The position numbers and the translations under genes were made by a program. The notes below the pieces were generated by a model. That model was not told the DNA's origin. It searched no databases and saw only the letters and a list, made by a program, of their open reading frames with translations. 64,000 nucleotides of DNA, from assembly GCA_047285535.1 (NCBI GenBank), contig JBJBDC010000001.1, positions 2,144,136 to 2,208,135 on the forward strand, written 5' to 3'. The DNA is from Synechococcus sp. (lineage in GTDB: Bacteria; Cyanobacteriota; Cyanobacteriia; PCC-6307; Cyanobiaceae). Shown here piece by piece: positions 1 to 10,366 of the stretch (positions within the stretch are counted from its first letter, which is position 1; each line of letters starts with the position of its first letter).

Positions 1-126
1 AGCCCCATTTGGACCGATAATGGACCTCAGTTCACCAGGATACAACTTAAAATCAAGGTCGGTTAAAGCGTAAAAGCCATCAAAACTAACGCTTACCTGG
101 TCTAAATCAAGAATTGAATTCTGCAT
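1..126 (-). CDS. urtD: Urea ABC transporter ATP-binding subunit, 5' part only (runs off window edge)
   Basis: Manual translation of the reverse complement from ATG at 126: MQNSILDLDQVSVSFDGFYALTDLDFKLYPGELRSIIGPNGA, ending in the start of Walker A (GPNGA..); directly downstream of urtC. Confidence 0.9.
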   Translation of the reverse strand, partial: MQNSILDLDQVSVSFDGFYALTDLDFKLYPGELRSIIGPNGA

Positions 127-164
127 GGGTAATTGAAGCTCAGTGATTCATTGAAAAAGACAGA

Positions 165-1313
165 TTAGACTTTAAGAGACTCCTCTCGAACGGATTCGTC
201 TAAATCTAATTTTGGATAGGTAGAGGTTTTTTTCGCAATTCCAAATGCTGCAAGCATCGATGTGAACCCACCTTTGGTGAACCAACCATAAATACCATCA
301 GGCATAAGAACCACAACAAAAACGAAGAGAGCACCTTGAACAAACAACCAAGCTTCTGGAAGTGCTTCACTTACCAAACTACGCAAATAGTTCACCAAAA
401 CAGCACCGATAATTGGTCCCACCAAAGTGCCACGACCACCTACTGCAACCCAAATGACCATCTCAATCGACATTGAGATAGACATAAATTGAGGAGAAAC
501 AATACCTGATTGGACTGTATATAAGGCTCCAGAAACTCCGGCTAGTCCTCCTGCCACAATAAAAACTATAACCTTAAATGGGGTAGGATTAAATCCAGAA
601 AAACGTAACCTTGGCTCATCATCTCTGATTGCTATTAAGGAGTCACCAAACCTTCCAGAGGTTAAATATTTGCATAACAAAAAAGCAAAAGGAAGAAGTA
701 TCAATGTAATTTTATAGAATAAAACCTGAGCATCGTCAGAACCAGCAGCCATGCCAAATATCTCAGTTGTACTTGTTTTAAGTCCATTGGTCCCGTTCAC
801 AAGCTTTTGCTGTCCGTTGAAAAAGTGATAAAAAACCATCAACGAAGCCTGCATAATTATCGAAAAATAGACTCCTTTAATTCTGTTCCTAAAAATCAGG
901 TAGCCAACAAAACCAGCAATAATAGAAGGGATCAAGAAAATCGCTATGATCGAGAAAGGGAAAGACCAAAAAGGTTCCCAGAAAAATGGCAAATTATCTA
1001 CACCATAATTTTCAAAGAATTTCGGAAGTCCATTAGCACCAGTTGTAAAGTCGTTTTTAGTAACCAACAACAGATGCATTGCAATTGCGTAACCTCCCAA
1101 AGAGAAGAAAATGCCTTGTCCCAAACTGAGTAATCCTGTATATCCCCAAATCAAATCAATCCCAAGAGCAACAAATGCTAAAGAGAAATAACGACCAAAC
1201 AAATTTAAGCGAAATTGAGAAAAACCAAACAGCCCAGATTTTGCCATCGCAGGTAAAACGAAAAAGGCAATGGCGAGAAGTATCCAGGGGACAAGTCGTT
1301 TAAAAAGTTTCAT
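165..1313 (-). CDS. urtC: Urea ABC transporter permease
   Basis: LivM/UrtC motifs DLIWGYTGLLSLGQGIFF, AIRDDEPRLRFSG, VIWVAVGGRGTL; in urt operon. Confidence 0.95.
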   Translation of the reverse strand: MKLFKRLVPWILLAIAFFVLPAMAKSGLFGFSQFRLNLFGRYFSLAFVALGIDLIWGYTGLLSLGQGIFFSLGGYAIAMHLLLVTKNDFTTGANGLPKFFENYGVDNLPFFWEPFWSFPFSIIAIFLIPSIIAGFVGYLIFRNRIKGVYFSIIMQASLMVFYHFFNGQQKLVNGTNGLKTSTTEIFGMAAGSDDAQVLFYKITLILLPFAFLLCKYLTSGRFGDSLIAIRDDEPRLRFSGFNPTPFKVIVFIVAGGLAGVSGALYTVQSGIVSPQFMSISMSIEMVIWVAVGGRGTLVGPIIGAVLVNYLRSLVSEALPEAWLFVQGALFVFVVVLMPDGIYGWFTKGGFTSMLAAFGIAKKTSTYPKLDLDESVREESLKV

Positions 1314-1335
1314 GAGTTAATGAATGAGGAGTGTG

Positions 1336-2496
1336 TTAAGCCTCAACTGAACGTCCCTTCTGGGGGAACATTCCAGTTGGCTTGAATTGCAAAAAGGCGA
1401 TGATAAATATAAATACCAATACATATGACATGCTTGTTGTAGCAAAGAATTCAACAACAGACCGAAGTGAATTTGGCATGCCTGGGAAAGCAATTAATAA
1501 AGATCCAGATCCTATAATTGATTGAATAATGCCCAACATCAAGGATGCAATGACAGTCCCAACAAGATTGCCAACACCTCCAAGCACAATCACCATGAAA
1601 CAGGAAACAATATAAGAACCACCGAGATTAGGACCAACAGAACCAAGCAAAGTTATTGCACAACCTGCAACTCCTGCCAACCCAGATCCAATGCCAAAAG
1701 TAATACTATCAACACTATCTGTAGGAATACCAAGGCAATTACTCATTTCACGATTTTGAGTCACGGCTCTAATTCGAACACCCCAAACACTTTTTGTAAG
1801 AAACCATGCAACTGCAGCTAGCAAGAGTGCAGAGAGAATGATGATAAAGATGCGAATACCAGGTAATTCAATTCCTGCAATTGAGCCCCAACTACCTTGA
1901 AGCCACTTCGGAGGGGTCACATCTAGATTTCTTGGACCAAACCAAGGGCTCGAAAAAAATCTACCGGCTGAAGCGACAGATCCAATCGATATCAAACCAA
2001 TAACACCTGCAACAATCCAAATAACGCCATTCAAGTAAGAAGCAAAAGAGGCTTGCTTTAATGGCATAGGCAAGAATTTTTGCACTGCCCAACCCAATAA
2101 TGCAGTAACAGCAATGCCAATGACCATCGCCAAAGAGACACTGCGGACAAATTGGATAAGAATCAAACTGACTCCCCATGTAGCCAGCAATGTTTCTAAG
2201 GGACGACCATAAAGACGTCGTATTAATGTCCTTTCAAGGAAAACGCCAATGACAGCCGTGACAAGAAATGCTGCACATAAGGCAATGATGTAGTAGGACT
2301 CAAATAAGATACCTCCCAATGGTTTAAAAAGATTTTGAACCACAAACGTGACATAGGCGCCTATCATCATGAATTCGCCATGGGCGAGATTAATCACACC
2401 CATCAGTCCAAAAACGATGGCCAAACCTGTTGCAGCAAGCAGCAAGACTGCTCCTATACTTAAGCCATCAAGCAACTGTGAAAAAATTAGCTCCAT
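1336..2496 (-). CDS. urtB: Urea ABC transporter permease
   Basis: GLAIVFGLMGVINLAHGEFMMIGAY and LYGRPLETLLATWGVSLIL motifs. Confidence 0.95.
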   Translation of the reverse strand: MELIFSQLLDGLSIGAVLLLAATGLAIVFGLMGVINLAHGEFMMIGAYVTFVVQNLFKPLGGILFESYYIIALCAAFLVTAVIGVFLERTLIRRLYGRPLETLLATWGVSLILIQFVRSVSLAMVIGIAVTALLGWAVQKFLPMPLKQASFASYLNGVIWIVAGVIGLISIGSVASAGRFFSSPWFGPRNLDVTPPKWLQGSWGSIAGIELPGIRIFIIILSALLLAAVAWFLTKSVWGVRIRAVTQNREMSNCLGIPTDSVDSITFGIGSGLAGVAGCAITLLGSVGPNLGGSYIVSCFMVIVLGGVGNLVGTVIASLMLGIIQSIIGSGSLLIAFPGMPNSLRSVVEFFATTSMSYVLVFIFIIAFLQFKPTGMFPQKGRSVEA

Positions 2497-2525
2497 AGAT
2501 CAGTAGCTCCATAATTCTTTTGAGT

Positions 2526-2560
2526 AAAAAAAAGGTGGATCAAAGATAAATTGATCCACC
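2526..2560 (-). terminator. Intrinsic terminator-like hairpin between urtA and urtB
   Basis: GGTGGATCAA (2534-2543) / TTGATCCACC (2551-2560) 10-bp stem; A8 at 2526-2533 reads as a U8 tail on the minus strand. Confidence 0.75.
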
Positions 2561-2592
2561 ACAAGGAAAATTCTTAGTCAAGAATTACTGAA

Positions 2593-3897
2593 TCACATTT
2601 TGAACTTACCTGCATCAGGCCGATCCAAGGTCCAATCACACTTATACCCTTTGGTTTCAGGGACATATTGGTTCCAGGTGATTGGAGCCACAGGGGTCTT
2701 ACTATCCCAAAGAATCTCAAATTGACCGTCGTCCTTGGCTTCGCCAATTCGAACGGTTTGAGAGATGTGGTGGTTGGGGTACATTTTGATAGGCCCCTGT
2801 GGTGCATCTAAGCTGATGCCAATTAAAGCACTGCGTACTGCTGGTAGATCTTCGTAAGTACCAGCCTTCTCAACCGCAGCCTTCCATAGGTAGACCATAT
2901 TGTAGGCAGACTCCATTGGATCGTTTGTTACACGATCATCGCCATATTCAGCGAGAAAGGCTTCATTAAAGTTGTTTGCAGCCTCAGTTCCTAGAGACAT
3001 GAAGTAATTCCATGCCGCATAGGTACCACCAACAAACTCAGGTCCAATTTGACGAATTTCTTCCTCTGCAATAGAGAAAGACATAATGGGATATTTGTCA
3101 GGGGTGATGCCTGCTGCCTTGAATTGCTTGAACAAGGCAACATTGGAATCTCCATTCAAAGTGTTGATGATAATTCCACCATCAGGAAATTCTTTTTTGA
3201 TTTTGGCGATAATTGGAGCAACCTCTGTATTTCCTAGTGGAATGTAATCTTCACCAACTGTTTCACCTCCAAGGCTCTTAACCTGTTCCTTAATAATTGT
3301 GTTAGCTGTACGGGGGTACACATAGTCAGAACCAACTAAATAGACTTTCTTGCCATATTTATCAGAGAACTGGTCAAAGAGCCAATCAACCGCAGGCTCT
3401 GCCTGCTGGTTAGGGACAGCACCTGTATAGAAGATGTTTTTGGAACATTCCTGGCCCTCGTACTGGATTGGATAGAAAAGGAAATGATCTTTTGCTTCAT
3501 ATACAGGAAGCATGGCTTTGCGACTTGCAGAGGTCCAGCCACCGAAAACAACAGCTACTTTGTCAGCATCAATCAGCTTCTGAGACTTTTCAGCAAATGT
3601 CGGCCAATCAGAGGCTCCATCTTCTGAAACGTATGTGATTTTGTAATTTTTACCGTCGATTTCGACCCCGCCAGCGTCATTGATCTCCTTAATGGCCATC
3701 TCCTCAGTTTCCTTAAGAGTGGTCTCAGAGATAGCCATTGTTCCACTCAGAGAGTGAAGAATGCCGACTTTGATTTCGCCGTCAAAATCTTCACTTGCTG
3801 TGTCACTACTACCTCCTCCTCCACAGGCGGTGACGGCTAAACCCAGCGAAGCTGCCGCTATGCCAGCAAACAGGCGCTTGGAGAATGATGAGCTCAT
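2593..3897 (-). CDS. urtA: Urea ABC transporter substrate-binding lipoprotein
   Basis: VGILHSLSGTMAISE, FGGWTSASRK, FYPIQYEGQE motifs; lipobox-like VTAC. Start placed at ATG 3897 (MSSSFSKR). Confidence 0.95.
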   Translation of the reverse strand: MSSSFSKRLFAGIAAASLGLAVTACGGGGSSDTASEDFDGEIKVGILHSLSGTMAISETTLKETEEMAIKEINDAGGVEIDGKNYKITYVSEDGASDWPTFAEKSQKLIDADKVAVVFGGWTSASRKAMLPVYEAKDHFLFYPIQYEGQECSKNIFYTGAVPNQQAEPAVDWLFDQFSDKYGKKVYLVGSDYVYPRTANTIIKEQVKSLGGETVGEDYIPLGNTEVAPIIAKIKKEFPDGGIIINTLNGDSNVALFKQFKAAGITPDKYPIMSFSIAEEEIRQIGPEFVGGTYAAWNYFMSLGTEAANNFNEAFLAEYGDDRVTNDPMESAYNMVYLWKAAVEKAGTYEDLPAVRSALIGISLDAPQGPIKMYPNHHISQTVRIGEAKDDGQFEILWDSKTPVAPITWNQYVPETKGYKCDWTLDRPDAGKFKM

Positions 3898-3944
3898 GGA
3901 GAAAAGGAAACAAGAGAGACGACGCTTCAACGTCGAAGACCCGA

Positions 3945-3987
3945 AAAGTACAGATACTGAGAAGTGATGGCCTGTAACAACAAGAAC
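3945..3987 (-). promoter_or_regulatory. NtcA-type promoter of urtA
   Basis: Minus strand GTT-N8-TAC (3987-3974), then 23 nt, then TACTTT (TAN3T -10 box, 3950-3945): class II NtcA geometry. Confidence 0.7.
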
Positions 3988-4015
3988 ATTTTTTTCGTTT
4001 GAGGATTAAGGGGTG

Positions 4016-4618
4016 TCAATTCGGTAACTGTTGCAACACAAATTCGACGACTCCATCGAGTCCATCGCCAGCACGAAGATTCGTGAAGCACCAAGGCTTC
4101 TTGCCGCGCATCCGTGCTGTGTCCTGTTCCATCACCTCTAAATCAGCACCAACCAGAGGTGCCAGATCAATCTTATTGATGACTAATAAATCTGATCGCG
4201 TAATCCCAGGTCCGCCTTTGCGAGGAATTTTGTCCCCAGCAGCCACATCAATGACATATATGCATAGGTCTACTAATTCAGGACTGAAGCTAGCCGCAAG
4301 GTTGTCACCACCGCTTTCAACCATCACCAGGTCGAGCCCAGGGAACTGGAGCTCCAGGTCGTTCACAGCAGCTCGGTTGATGGAGCAGTCTTCACGTATC
4401 GCTGTATGGGGGCACCCCCCAGTTTCAACTCCTCGAATGCGCTCGGGATCTAAAGCTCCTGCCCGCGTCAGAAATTGAGCATCCTCTTGGGTGTAGATGT
4501 CATTCGTGACCACCGCTAACTGCAAGCGATCGCGCAATCGCTTGCAAAGTGCTTCCACAAGCGCCGTCTTTCCTGAACCCACCGGACCAGCCACCCCAAG
4601 TCTGAGCTTGCTACCCAT
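4016..4618 (-). CDS. ureG: Urease accessory GTPase
   Basis: GPVGSGKT P-loop, [21 protein letters not shown]. Confidence 0.98.
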   Translation of the reverse strand: MGSKLRLGVAGPVGSGKTALVEALCKRLRDRLQLAVVTNDIYTQEDAQFLTRAGALDPERIRGVETGGCPHTAIREDCSINRAAVNDLELQFPGLDLVMVESGGDNLAASFSPELVDLCIYVIDVAAGDKIPRKGGPGITRSDLLVINKIDLAPLVGADLEVMEQDTARMRGKKPWCFTNLRAGDGLDGVVEFVLQQLPN

Positions 4619-5286
4619 CAGCTACGGAACAAACGTGAATACAACTCAGCATGCGCCAACTGGGCGAGCCCTGCACCAACACCGCTATTCCAAAGGCTCA
4701 TGGGGTCCTGGTCTTTCAAAAAACAAGCTTGAGAACTGATCATCGGCAAAATGCGTTGCTGAATCTTCTGAGCCGTGGTGGGACCAAGTGGTACCAATCG
4801 AACTGCTGCACTGAGCTGATTAGCAACCCATCCATAGAGATAGCCCTCAACCATGTCGAGCTCAGGAATCTTCATCGCTAAGGAAGCCCAAGCCCAAGCC
4901 GCAGGCCAAGCCAGAACCACTTGTTGAGGCAACGGATGGCCAAGATCTGCCAAAAGCTCCAACAAAGAACCTCCCATCTGAACGTGCTGCGAACGGACGG
5001 ATGAGGCTTCCCTCAGAGCTAGCAACCAACCATCAAGAGACATCAACTCTCCATGCGCCTTTGCCCTTCCTTGGATCCAGCTTTGAAGGTGAGAACGCAA
5101 GGTCGACAGTGCGGCAGCCTCCAACCTCAGTGCGCCTCTGCAAAGCTCAGCTTCAATCCACCGCTGAATCTCTGTTTCATCAGTCAAATAACCCTGTTGG
5201 ATCAGGACTTCAAGACCCTCGGAATAACTGAATGCACCAACCGGCAAGGCAGGACTCACCAACTGCAGCAAAGCAAGAGTTGTCAT
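4618..5286 (-). CDS. ureF: Urease accessory protein
   Basis: [21 protein letters not shown]-terminus and YSRLFRS C-terminus; ATG 5286 overlaps the ureE stop. Confidence 0.95.
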   Translation of the reverse strand: MTTLALLQLVSPALPVGAFSYSEGLEVLIQQGYLTDETEIQRWIEAELCRGALRLEAAALSTLRSHLQSWIQGRAKAHGELMSLDGWLLALREASSVRSQHVQMGGSLLELLADLGHPLPQQVVLAWPAAWAWASLAMKIPELDMVEGYLYGWVANQLSAAVRLVPLGPTTAQKIQQRILPMISSQACFLKDQDPMSLWNSGVGAGLAQLAHAELYSRLFRS

Positions 5287-5762
5287 GAATGCAGATGGCC
5301 GCTGTAAGCACCCCCCTCCGGCAGAAATGGACGACAGCACCGCGTCACCATCAATCCCCGTCCTTCCAGCATGGTGGCGAGCACAGAGTCCTCGAGCAAC
5401 AACAGTTCATGCTCATGCAGCTCAAGAGCCACATGACGATTGCCCAGGTGATAGGACGCTTCAAGCAACGCTAATGGCGTGGCTGCCTTGACCCGCAATA
5501 ACGCCTCAGGCGCAGCCGCAACCTTCACATCCACATTCTCTTGCGAATCGGCGAGTCGATCACCAGGCTTCAAGACTCCCTCTCGCGGCAACTGCAACAA
5601 AACATCTCGGCCACAAGCTGTGCGACGACGTCCACGCAACACCGTGCGTTGATCTGCAGTGAGTGGTAACTCCATCACTAGGGGAATGGAGCTCCTCAAC
5701 CCGGCATCAGCAACGAGGCGATGGTCCAACACGATCAAGCCAGCGCTCAAGGGGTCACACAA
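5283..5762 (-). CDS. ureE: Urease accessory nickel chaperone (start uncertain)
   Basis: YHLGNRHV and PFLPEGGAY motifs. Confidence 0.95.
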   Translation of the reverse strand: MCDPLSAGLIVLDHRLVADAGLRSSIPLVMELPLTADQRTVLRGRRRTACGRDVLLQLPREGVLKPGDRLADSQENVDVKVAAAPEALLRVKAATPLALLEASYHLGNRHVALELHEHELLLLEDSVLATMLEGRGLMVTRCCRPFLPEGGAYSGHLHS

Positions 5763-5811
5763 CCAACGACATCACAAGACAAAGATTGCCCAGAGACGAC
5801 AAAAGCTTTTG

Positions 5812-5825
5812 GTAGCACTTGCTAC
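5812..5825. promoter_or_regulatory. NtcA binding site between divergent ureE and ureD
   Basis: GTAGCACTTGCTAC: perfect GTA-N8-TAC with extended dyad symmetry (GTAGCA..TGCTAC). Confidence 0.8.
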
Positions 5826-5859
5826 AGAGAGCCTAGCCATTGGCATCGAGCTTGTCTAA

Positions 5860-6750
5860 ATGCAACGACTTGACTCCTGGCACGGCACCTGCAACCTCCA
5901 ATTCCACGCAGACAGCAGCGGTAGTCAGCACCAAGGAGGCTGTACCTCACCATTCAAGTTGATGCGCGCAGAAAGGGGTGCAAACGGGCGCTGCGAGCTA
6001 CCACTCCTTCACACTGCTGGCGGCCTCGTTGGAGGAGATCAATTGAGCATCAATTTGAACTTAAAACCAAGCAGTCGCTGCTTGATCACCAGCGTGGCGG
6101 CACAAAAAGTCTATGGATCGGTGGGCCGTAGCCAGCTCCATCCACAAGGAGTCTGGGCTCAACACAACATGGATGCGGAGCTGCATTCGGCTAGCGATTT
6201 GGAGTGGCTTCCCCAAGAAGTCGTGCTCTACTCCAATGCCTTATTTCATCAAAACCTGACGGTCAGCTTGCCCTTAGATGGATCATTTTTCAGCGCAGAA
6301 ATCGTGCGCCTGGGACGCACGGCCGCCGGCGAAACCTTGGGCAAAGGACGCTGGAGATCATCTGTTCAGCTGCGTCGCCGAACGCCTAAGGGCATTCTCT
6401 GGGAACTCGTCGACAGACTTGAACTCAGCGAGGAGGCCTTGCAAGGACCCCACGGCCTCAATCAGAAACCTGTATTCGGCAGCCTGATTTGGGCAGCACC
6501 CTTTGCTCTAGAGACAGAAATGATGAATAACCTGATAAAAGAAGCTAGGCATGATCGATGCGGACTCAAAGGCGAGATGCATTGTGGACAGCTTCACCAA
6601 GGGTTGATCGCTCGATACAGCGGTGACTCAAGCCGTGATGCCCGTTTTTGGTTCAGCAGGATTTGGGCTCTGACCCGTCAAGCTCGAGACCTTTCAACCC
6701 CAACCATTCCGAGAGTGTGGCCCTTGCAAGAAAATCCATTCAGGCCATAA
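5860..6750 (+). CDS. ureD: Urease accessory protein
   Basis: LLHTAGGLVGGD, TSVAAQKVY, LEWLPQE, GRTAAGE motifs. Confidence 0.95.
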   Translation: MQRLDSWHGTCNLQFHADSSGSQHQGGCTSPFKLMRAERGANGRCELPLLHTAGGLVGGDQLSINLNLKPSSRCLITSVAAQKVYGSVGRSQLHPQGVWAQHNMDAELHSASDLEWLPQEVVLYSNALFHQNLTVSLPLDGSFFSAEIVRLGRTAAGETLGKGRWRSSVQLRRRTPKGILWELVDRLELSEEALQGPHGLNQKPVFGSLIWAAPFALETEMMNNLIKEARHDRCGLKGEMHCGQLHQGLIARYSGDSSRDARFWFSRIWALTRQARDLSTPTIPRVWPLQENPFRP

Positions 6751-6813
6751 GAGTTCAATTTGAACATTCCACCAAGCCTGCCAGAGACAAACTAAAAAAA
6801 GTGCAAGGACACC

Positions 6814-7116
6814 ATGCACCTCAGCCCTCAGGAAAAAGACAAGCTATTGATCGTCACCGCCGCTCTACTGGCAGAACGTCGGCTCAATCGCGGTCTCAAA
6901 CTCAACCATCCTGAAACAGTGGCTTTTCTCAGTTTCTTGGTCCTAGAAGGGGCACGAGACGGAAAGAGCGTGGCCGCCCTCATGCAGGAAGGGAGCACAT
7001 GGCTGCGCCGAGACCAAGTCATGGAAGGCATTCCTGAATTGGTGAACGAAGTGCAGATCGAGGCTGTTTTTCCCGATGGAACCAAACTTGTGACCTTGCA
7101 TGATCCGATTCGCTAA
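6814..7116 (+). CDS. ureA: Urease gamma subunit
   Basis: [11 protein letters not shown]...[17 protein letters not shown]. Confidence 0.99.
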   Translation: MHLSPQEKDKLLIVTAALLAERRLNRGLKLNHPETVAFLSFLVLEGARDGKSVAALMQEGSTWLRRDQVMEGIPELVNEVQIEAVFPDGTKLVTLHDPIR

Positions 7117-7128
7117 GGCTTCCTCTGA

Positions 7129-7449
7129 ATGGCACCCCTAATTCCCGGTGAATTGCTACCTGAACCAGGAGAGCTTGAACTCAATGCCAACAGAGGCGTC
7201 ACAACCCTCACTGTCGCCAACAGCGGCGACCGCCCTGTGCAGGTGGGATCTCACTTTCATTTCCAAGAGGCAAACGCTGCATTGCACTTTGATCGTGATG
7301 CAGCACGCGGACAGCGGCTCGACATTCCAGCCGGAACGGCTGTTCGTTTCGAACCGGGAGACAGCCGCGATGTGAATCTGATTCCCTTCGCAGGCAAACG
7401 CCGTGTCATCGGATTCAACGGCCTGATCAACGGACCCCTCGACACCTGA
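7129..7449 (+). CDS. ureB: Urease beta subunit
   Basis: [28 protein letters not shown]. Confidence 0.99.
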   Translation: MAPLIPGELLPEPGELELNANRGVTTLTVANSGDRPVQVGSHFHFQEANAALHFDRDAARGQRLDIPAGTAVRFEPGDSRDVNLIPFAGKRRVIGFNGLINGPLDT

Positions 7450-7452
7450 TCC

Positions 7453-9162
7453 ATGCCCTATCGCATCTCACGCCGGGCTTACGCCGAAACCTATGGGCCC
7501 ACCACCGGTGATCGCATTCGCTTAGCGGACACCGAACTCATCCTCGAAGTGGAAAAGGACTTCACCACTTACGGCGATGAGGTGAAGTTTGGCGGCGGGA
7601 AGGTAATTCGCGATGGCATGGGCCAAGCCCAAACCTCCCGGGCTGGAGGAGCCGTTGACACCGTGATCACCAACGCCCTAATCCTCGATTGGTGGGGAAT
7701 CGTGAAGGCAGATTTAGGCCTGAAGGATGGCCGCATCGTGGGGATCGGCAAGGCAGGTAACCCCGATACCCAGGAAGGGGTCACCATTGTGATAGGTCCT
7801 GGCACCGAAGCCATTGCTGGCGAAGGACACATCCTGACCGCTGGTGGAATTGACACTCACATTCATTTCATCTGCCCCCAACAGATTGAAACGGCCTTGG
7901 CCAGCGGAGTCACCACACTCATGGGCGGCGGCACCGGACCAGCCACCGGAACCAATGCAACCACCTGCACCCCCGGCGCTTTTCATATCAGCCGAATGCT
8001 GCAGGCCGCGGAAGGGCTACCCGTGAATCTGGGCTTTTTCGGGAAAGGAAACTCCAGCACCCCAGAAGCCTTGGAAGAACAAGTGCAAGCGGGAGCTTGC
8101 GGCCTCAAGCTTCATGAGGATTGGGGGACCACTCCTGCTGCCATCGACGCCTGCCTGTCTGTCGCCGATCAAATGGATGTGCAGGTCTGCATCCACACGG
8201 ACACCCTGAATGAAGCCGGCTTCGTGGAAGACACGATCGCCGCGATCAAAGGCCGCACGATTCACACCTTTCATACAGAAGGTGCAGGCGGCGGTCACGC
8301 TCCAGACATCATCAAAATCTGCGGTGAAGCCAATGTGCTTCCCAGCAGCACCAACCCAACGCGCCCTTATACCCGCAACACACTTGAGGAGCACCTCGAC
8401 ATGTTGATGGTGTGCCACCACTTGGACCCCAAGATCCCGGAAGATGTAGCGTTTGCGGAATCAAGAATCCGCCGAGAAACGATTGCCGCGGAAGACATCC
8501 TTCACGATCTCGGCGCTTTCTCGATCATTGCCAGCGACTCCCAGGCGATGGGACGCGTTGGGGAAGTGATCACGCGCACGTTCCAGACCGCCCACAAGAT
8601 GAAAGTTCAACGCGGAATCCTTCCGGAAGACTCAAACCGCAACGACAACCACCGCCTGAAACGCTATATCTCCAAGGTGACGATTAACCCAGCCATCGCT
8701 CACGGCATCAGTCACCAGGTGGGTTCGGTGGAGACAGGCAAACTTGCCGATCTCGTGCTCTGGAAACCGGGCTTTTTTGGGATTCGACCTCAACTCGTCA
8801 TCAAAGGCGGTTCGATCGCCTGGGCCCAAATGGGTGATGCCAATGCCTCAATCCCTACACCTGGTCCAGTGCACGGAAGGCCGATGTTTGCGACTTACGG
8901 CAAAGCACTTGCACCGAGTTGCCTCACATTCATGAGCGATGCAGCAATCAACGACAATATCCCGAGCAAACTTGGCCTAGAACGCACCTGCATCCCTGTG
9001 CACAACACCAGAAACGTTGGCAAGAGTGCACTCAAGCTCAATTCGGCGCTCCCGAATGTCAGCGTGGATCCTCAGACCTATGAAGTGTTTGCCGACGGCG
9101 AACTCCTGGTCTGCGAGCCAGCAGAGGTACTACCCCTTGCCCAACGTTATCTACTGCTTTGA
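7453..9162 (+). CDS. ureC: Urease alpha subunit
   Basis: [40 protein letters not shown] nickel-site motifs. Confidence 0.99.
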   Translation: MPYRISRRAYAETYGPTTGDRIRLADTELILEVEKDFTTYGDEVKFGGGKVIRDGMGQAQTSRAGGAVDTVITNALILDWWGIVKADLGLKDGRIVGIGKAGNPDTQEGVTIVIGPGTEAIAGEGHILTAGGIDTHIHFICPQQIETALASGVTTLMGGGTGPATGTNATTCTPGAFHISRMLQAAEGLPVNLGFFGKGNSSTPEALEEQVQAGACGLKLHEDWGTTPAAIDACLSVADQMDVQVCIHTDTLNEAGFVEDTIAAIKGRTIHTFHTEGAGGGHAPDIIKICGEANVLPSSTNPTRPYTRNTLEEHLDMLMVCHHLDPKIPEDVAFAESRIRRETIAAEDILHDLGAFSIIASDSQAMGRVGEVITRTFQTAHKMKVQRGILPEDSNRNDNHRLKRYISKVTINPAIAHGISHQVGSVETGKLADLVLWKPGFFGIRPQLVIKGGSIAWAQMGDANASIPTPGPVHGRPMFATYGKALAPSCLTFMSDAAINDNIPSKLGLERTCIPVHNTRNVGKSALKLNSALPNVSVDPQTYEVFADGELLVCEPAEVLPLAQRYLLL

Positions 9163-9932
9163 TCACGAACCCGCCAACTTTGCTGGTGGTTCAGCACATC
9201 GATCGAGAAGGACCTGATCTGGTTGCCGACATTGCGATTGAGCAAGGGATGAACGTGCATACCATTCGCCCTGATCGAGGGGAATCCCTGCCGAACCCCA
9301 GCAGCACGTACAACACGATTGCTCTCCTGCTTGGAGGACCGATGGGCGTGGAAGACCGTCATCAAAGTCCCCTGGCATGGTTGCAACAGGAGTTGGAATG
9401 GCTCACTCTCTGGCATCAGCAAAAACAACCAGTCTTAGGAATCTGCCTCGGTGCACAACTTTTAGCCGTAGCTGCCGGTGGCTCCGTACAACCTCTGCAA
9501 GTAGGAATGCCACCTCATCAATTGAAAGAAGTTGGCTTCGGAGCCATTCATTGGCTGAAAGAGTCAATCAGCGAACCACTCCTCAAAGGATTACAACCAA
9601 GCCAAATGGTGTTGCACTGGCATGGAGACCGTATCCATCTACCTCCAGAAGCGACCTTGCTGGGGTCAAGTCTTCAATGCCAAGAACAAGTATTCAAAAT
9701 CGGGCAACACGCCATTGGCTTGCAGTGTCATTTGGAGCTTCACAAGCCAAATCTGGAACGATGGATTCAAGAAGACCTCTGCTATGTCCTCAATGCACTA
9801 GGGCCCGATGGCCCAGAACGCTTACGAAAAGACAGTGACCGATTTGCTGTGTCCTTACATCTACAAGCTCGAGTCTTCATCAGCAATGCATTGCACCACC
9901 TCTCCTCATCAACAAAAAGGCCGAGTGCGTAA
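9159..9932 (+). CDS. Class I glutamine amidotransferase (GuaA-like, stand-alone)
   Basis: LLGGPMG, catalytic [19 protein letters not shown] (His-x-Glu); TTG start overlaps ureC TGA. Confidence 0.88.
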   Translation: MITNPPTLLVVQHIDREGPDLVADIAIEQGMNVHTIRPDRGESLPNPSSTYNTIALLLGGPMGVEDRHQSPLAWLQQELEWLTLWHQQKQPVLGICLGAQLLAVAAGGSVQPLQVGMPPHQLKEVGFGAIHWLKESISEPLLKGLQPSQMVLHWHGDRIHLPPEATLLGSSLQCQEQVFKIGQHAIGLQCHLELHKPNLERWIQEDLCYVLNALGPDGPERLRKDSDRFAVSLHLQARVFISNALHHLSSSTKRPSA

Positions 9933-10366
9933 GCAAATGATAACGCCTGACAGGCTTAATCTTCTACCAGCTACACGCTTAAGCTGATTGAACAAACTTT
10001 CAGAATCAACCCTCTTCCGAAATAATTACACAGCATTATAAAACTCCTAGCCACAACAAAGCAGCATCCCAAATTCCCAAACAAGACCCCAGCGAAGCAA
10101 AAAATGACTTCATGCTCAAGCAAAAATTGCCCACAAAAACCTCGCCCATAAAACCCAATGAGCATTACATTTCTAGGCCAATAATGATCAGCCTTAGCCA
10201 AAGACAACCAAGAGAAGCATGCAAGGCCAACCGCTTCTCCTCAATACGACAAGAGGCAAGTAGAAAAACTTCAGCGAAACCAAAAATCCAGAGATCAGTA
10301 ACAAGCAACACCAGACCAGAACCCCTTAAAGGCTTTAGATAGAACCGAAGAGTGACCATTCTTGCG

